Positions 63,690-64,000 of a DNA stretch of 64,000 bases are shown piece after piece. Every line of letters begins with the position of its first letter. Positions within the stretch are counted from its first letter, which is position 1. Source of the DNA: a virus. Taxonomy: Duplodnaviria; Heunggongvirae; Uroviricota; Caudoviricetes. The position numbers were made by a program, and so were the translations under genes. Below the pieces are notes generated by a model that did no database searches, was not told where the DNA came from, and was given only the letters and a program-made list of their open reading frames with translations. The stretch is from IMG/VR virus record IMGVR_UViG_3300029258_003331; one strand, written 5' to 3'.

Positions 63690-64000
63690 ATGGCAGTAAC
63701 AGGAATCAACAACTGGGAATACGCCCGCTGGGTTTACACTGTCGGACGCTCGCTTCGTTTCAATCTGCCGAGCACCAGCGAACAGTCGGCGGCGGACACG
63801 TTCATTTCAGCATTGACGGCTGGACGTCCGTGGCTGGAACCCCGCGAGCAGGCCAAACAAGCGGCTGGCGGCACATTGAACAATGCCGAGTTCAGAGGCG
63901 AGATGATTGCGGTCATCGGTCGTGACATCAAGAAGACGCCTCTCCAAACATCTGGTGAGAAAACGGCTTGTGACAGTCTCATCAGTGCCACGGGAAATCG
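63690..64000 (+). CDS. Hypothetical protein, 3'-truncated by the window end
   Basis: AGAGGAGCAGAGAC then ATG. ORF stays open to the window edge. The antisense table ORF 63734..63991 is a shadow. Confidence 0.5.
   Translation, partial: MAVTGINNWEYARWVYTVGRSLRFNLPSTSEQSAADTFISALTAGRPWLEPREQAKQAAGGTLNNAEFRGEMIAVIGRDIKKTPLQTSGEKTACDSLISATGN

Overview
This window is a dense, mostly plus-strand, virus-like (tailed dsDNA phage, possibly large or jumbo) segment. It has about 95 tightly packed ORFs, many joined by ATGA overlaps or strong GGAGG-type RBSs, and two minus-strand operons (13.7-15.5 kb and 18.1-22.3 kb). Functions I can support from motifs are as follows.

- **Packaging and morphogenesis (52.4-63 kb):** a large terminase with Walker A/B and RNaseH-like Asp motifs, a portal-like protein directly downstream, and repeat-rich scaffold-like proteins.
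- **AAA+/vWA module (33.4-47.6 kb):** two MoxR/CobS-like AAA+ ATPases, each near a partner protein with an N-terminal HExxH putative metallopeptidase domain, a Q/G/K low-complexity linker and a C-terminal vWA/MIDAS domain. WGR-domain, ParB/Srx-like and SMC/Rad50-like genes lie between them.
- **DNA repair:** an endonuclease III-like HhH-GPD glycosylase with a Cx6Cx2Cx5C cluster, adjacent to a Cas4/RecB-like PD-(D/E)xK nuclease.
- **Other recognisable products:** an SPFH/band-7 membrane protein, a 3D-domain (MltA-like) cell-wall hydrolase candidate, a calcineurin-like metallophosphoesterase, a ribosomal L7/L12 C-terminal-domain homologue, a YkgJ-like CxxCxxCC protein, an HNH-associated-repeat protein, a KOW-domain protein next to a sigma-region-4-like HTH ORF, and a 1018-aa HExxH protein.

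The most striking feature is a family of at least 15 small proteins sharing a 13-15 aa amphipathic signature, (K/R)(R/E)(V/I/L)A-x-(E/K)L(V/I/L)(R/K)(L/V/M)A(K/R)x(L/I), usually at the N-terminus, followed by unrelated C-terminal regions. It is clustered at 0-3 kb and 7.5-13 kb and scattered to 27.6 kb, with a few internal or C-terminal copies.

Two non-coding motif classes recur. One is an extended -10 sigma70-like TGGTATAATG, found about 9 times and in several cases abutting the start codon. The other is a 20-bp TTTGAGACCGGTTATACAGG element, found 7 times in gene-direction orientation 17-54 nt upstream of starts. Six rho-independent terminators are visible. No tRNA or CRISPR array was found by eye.
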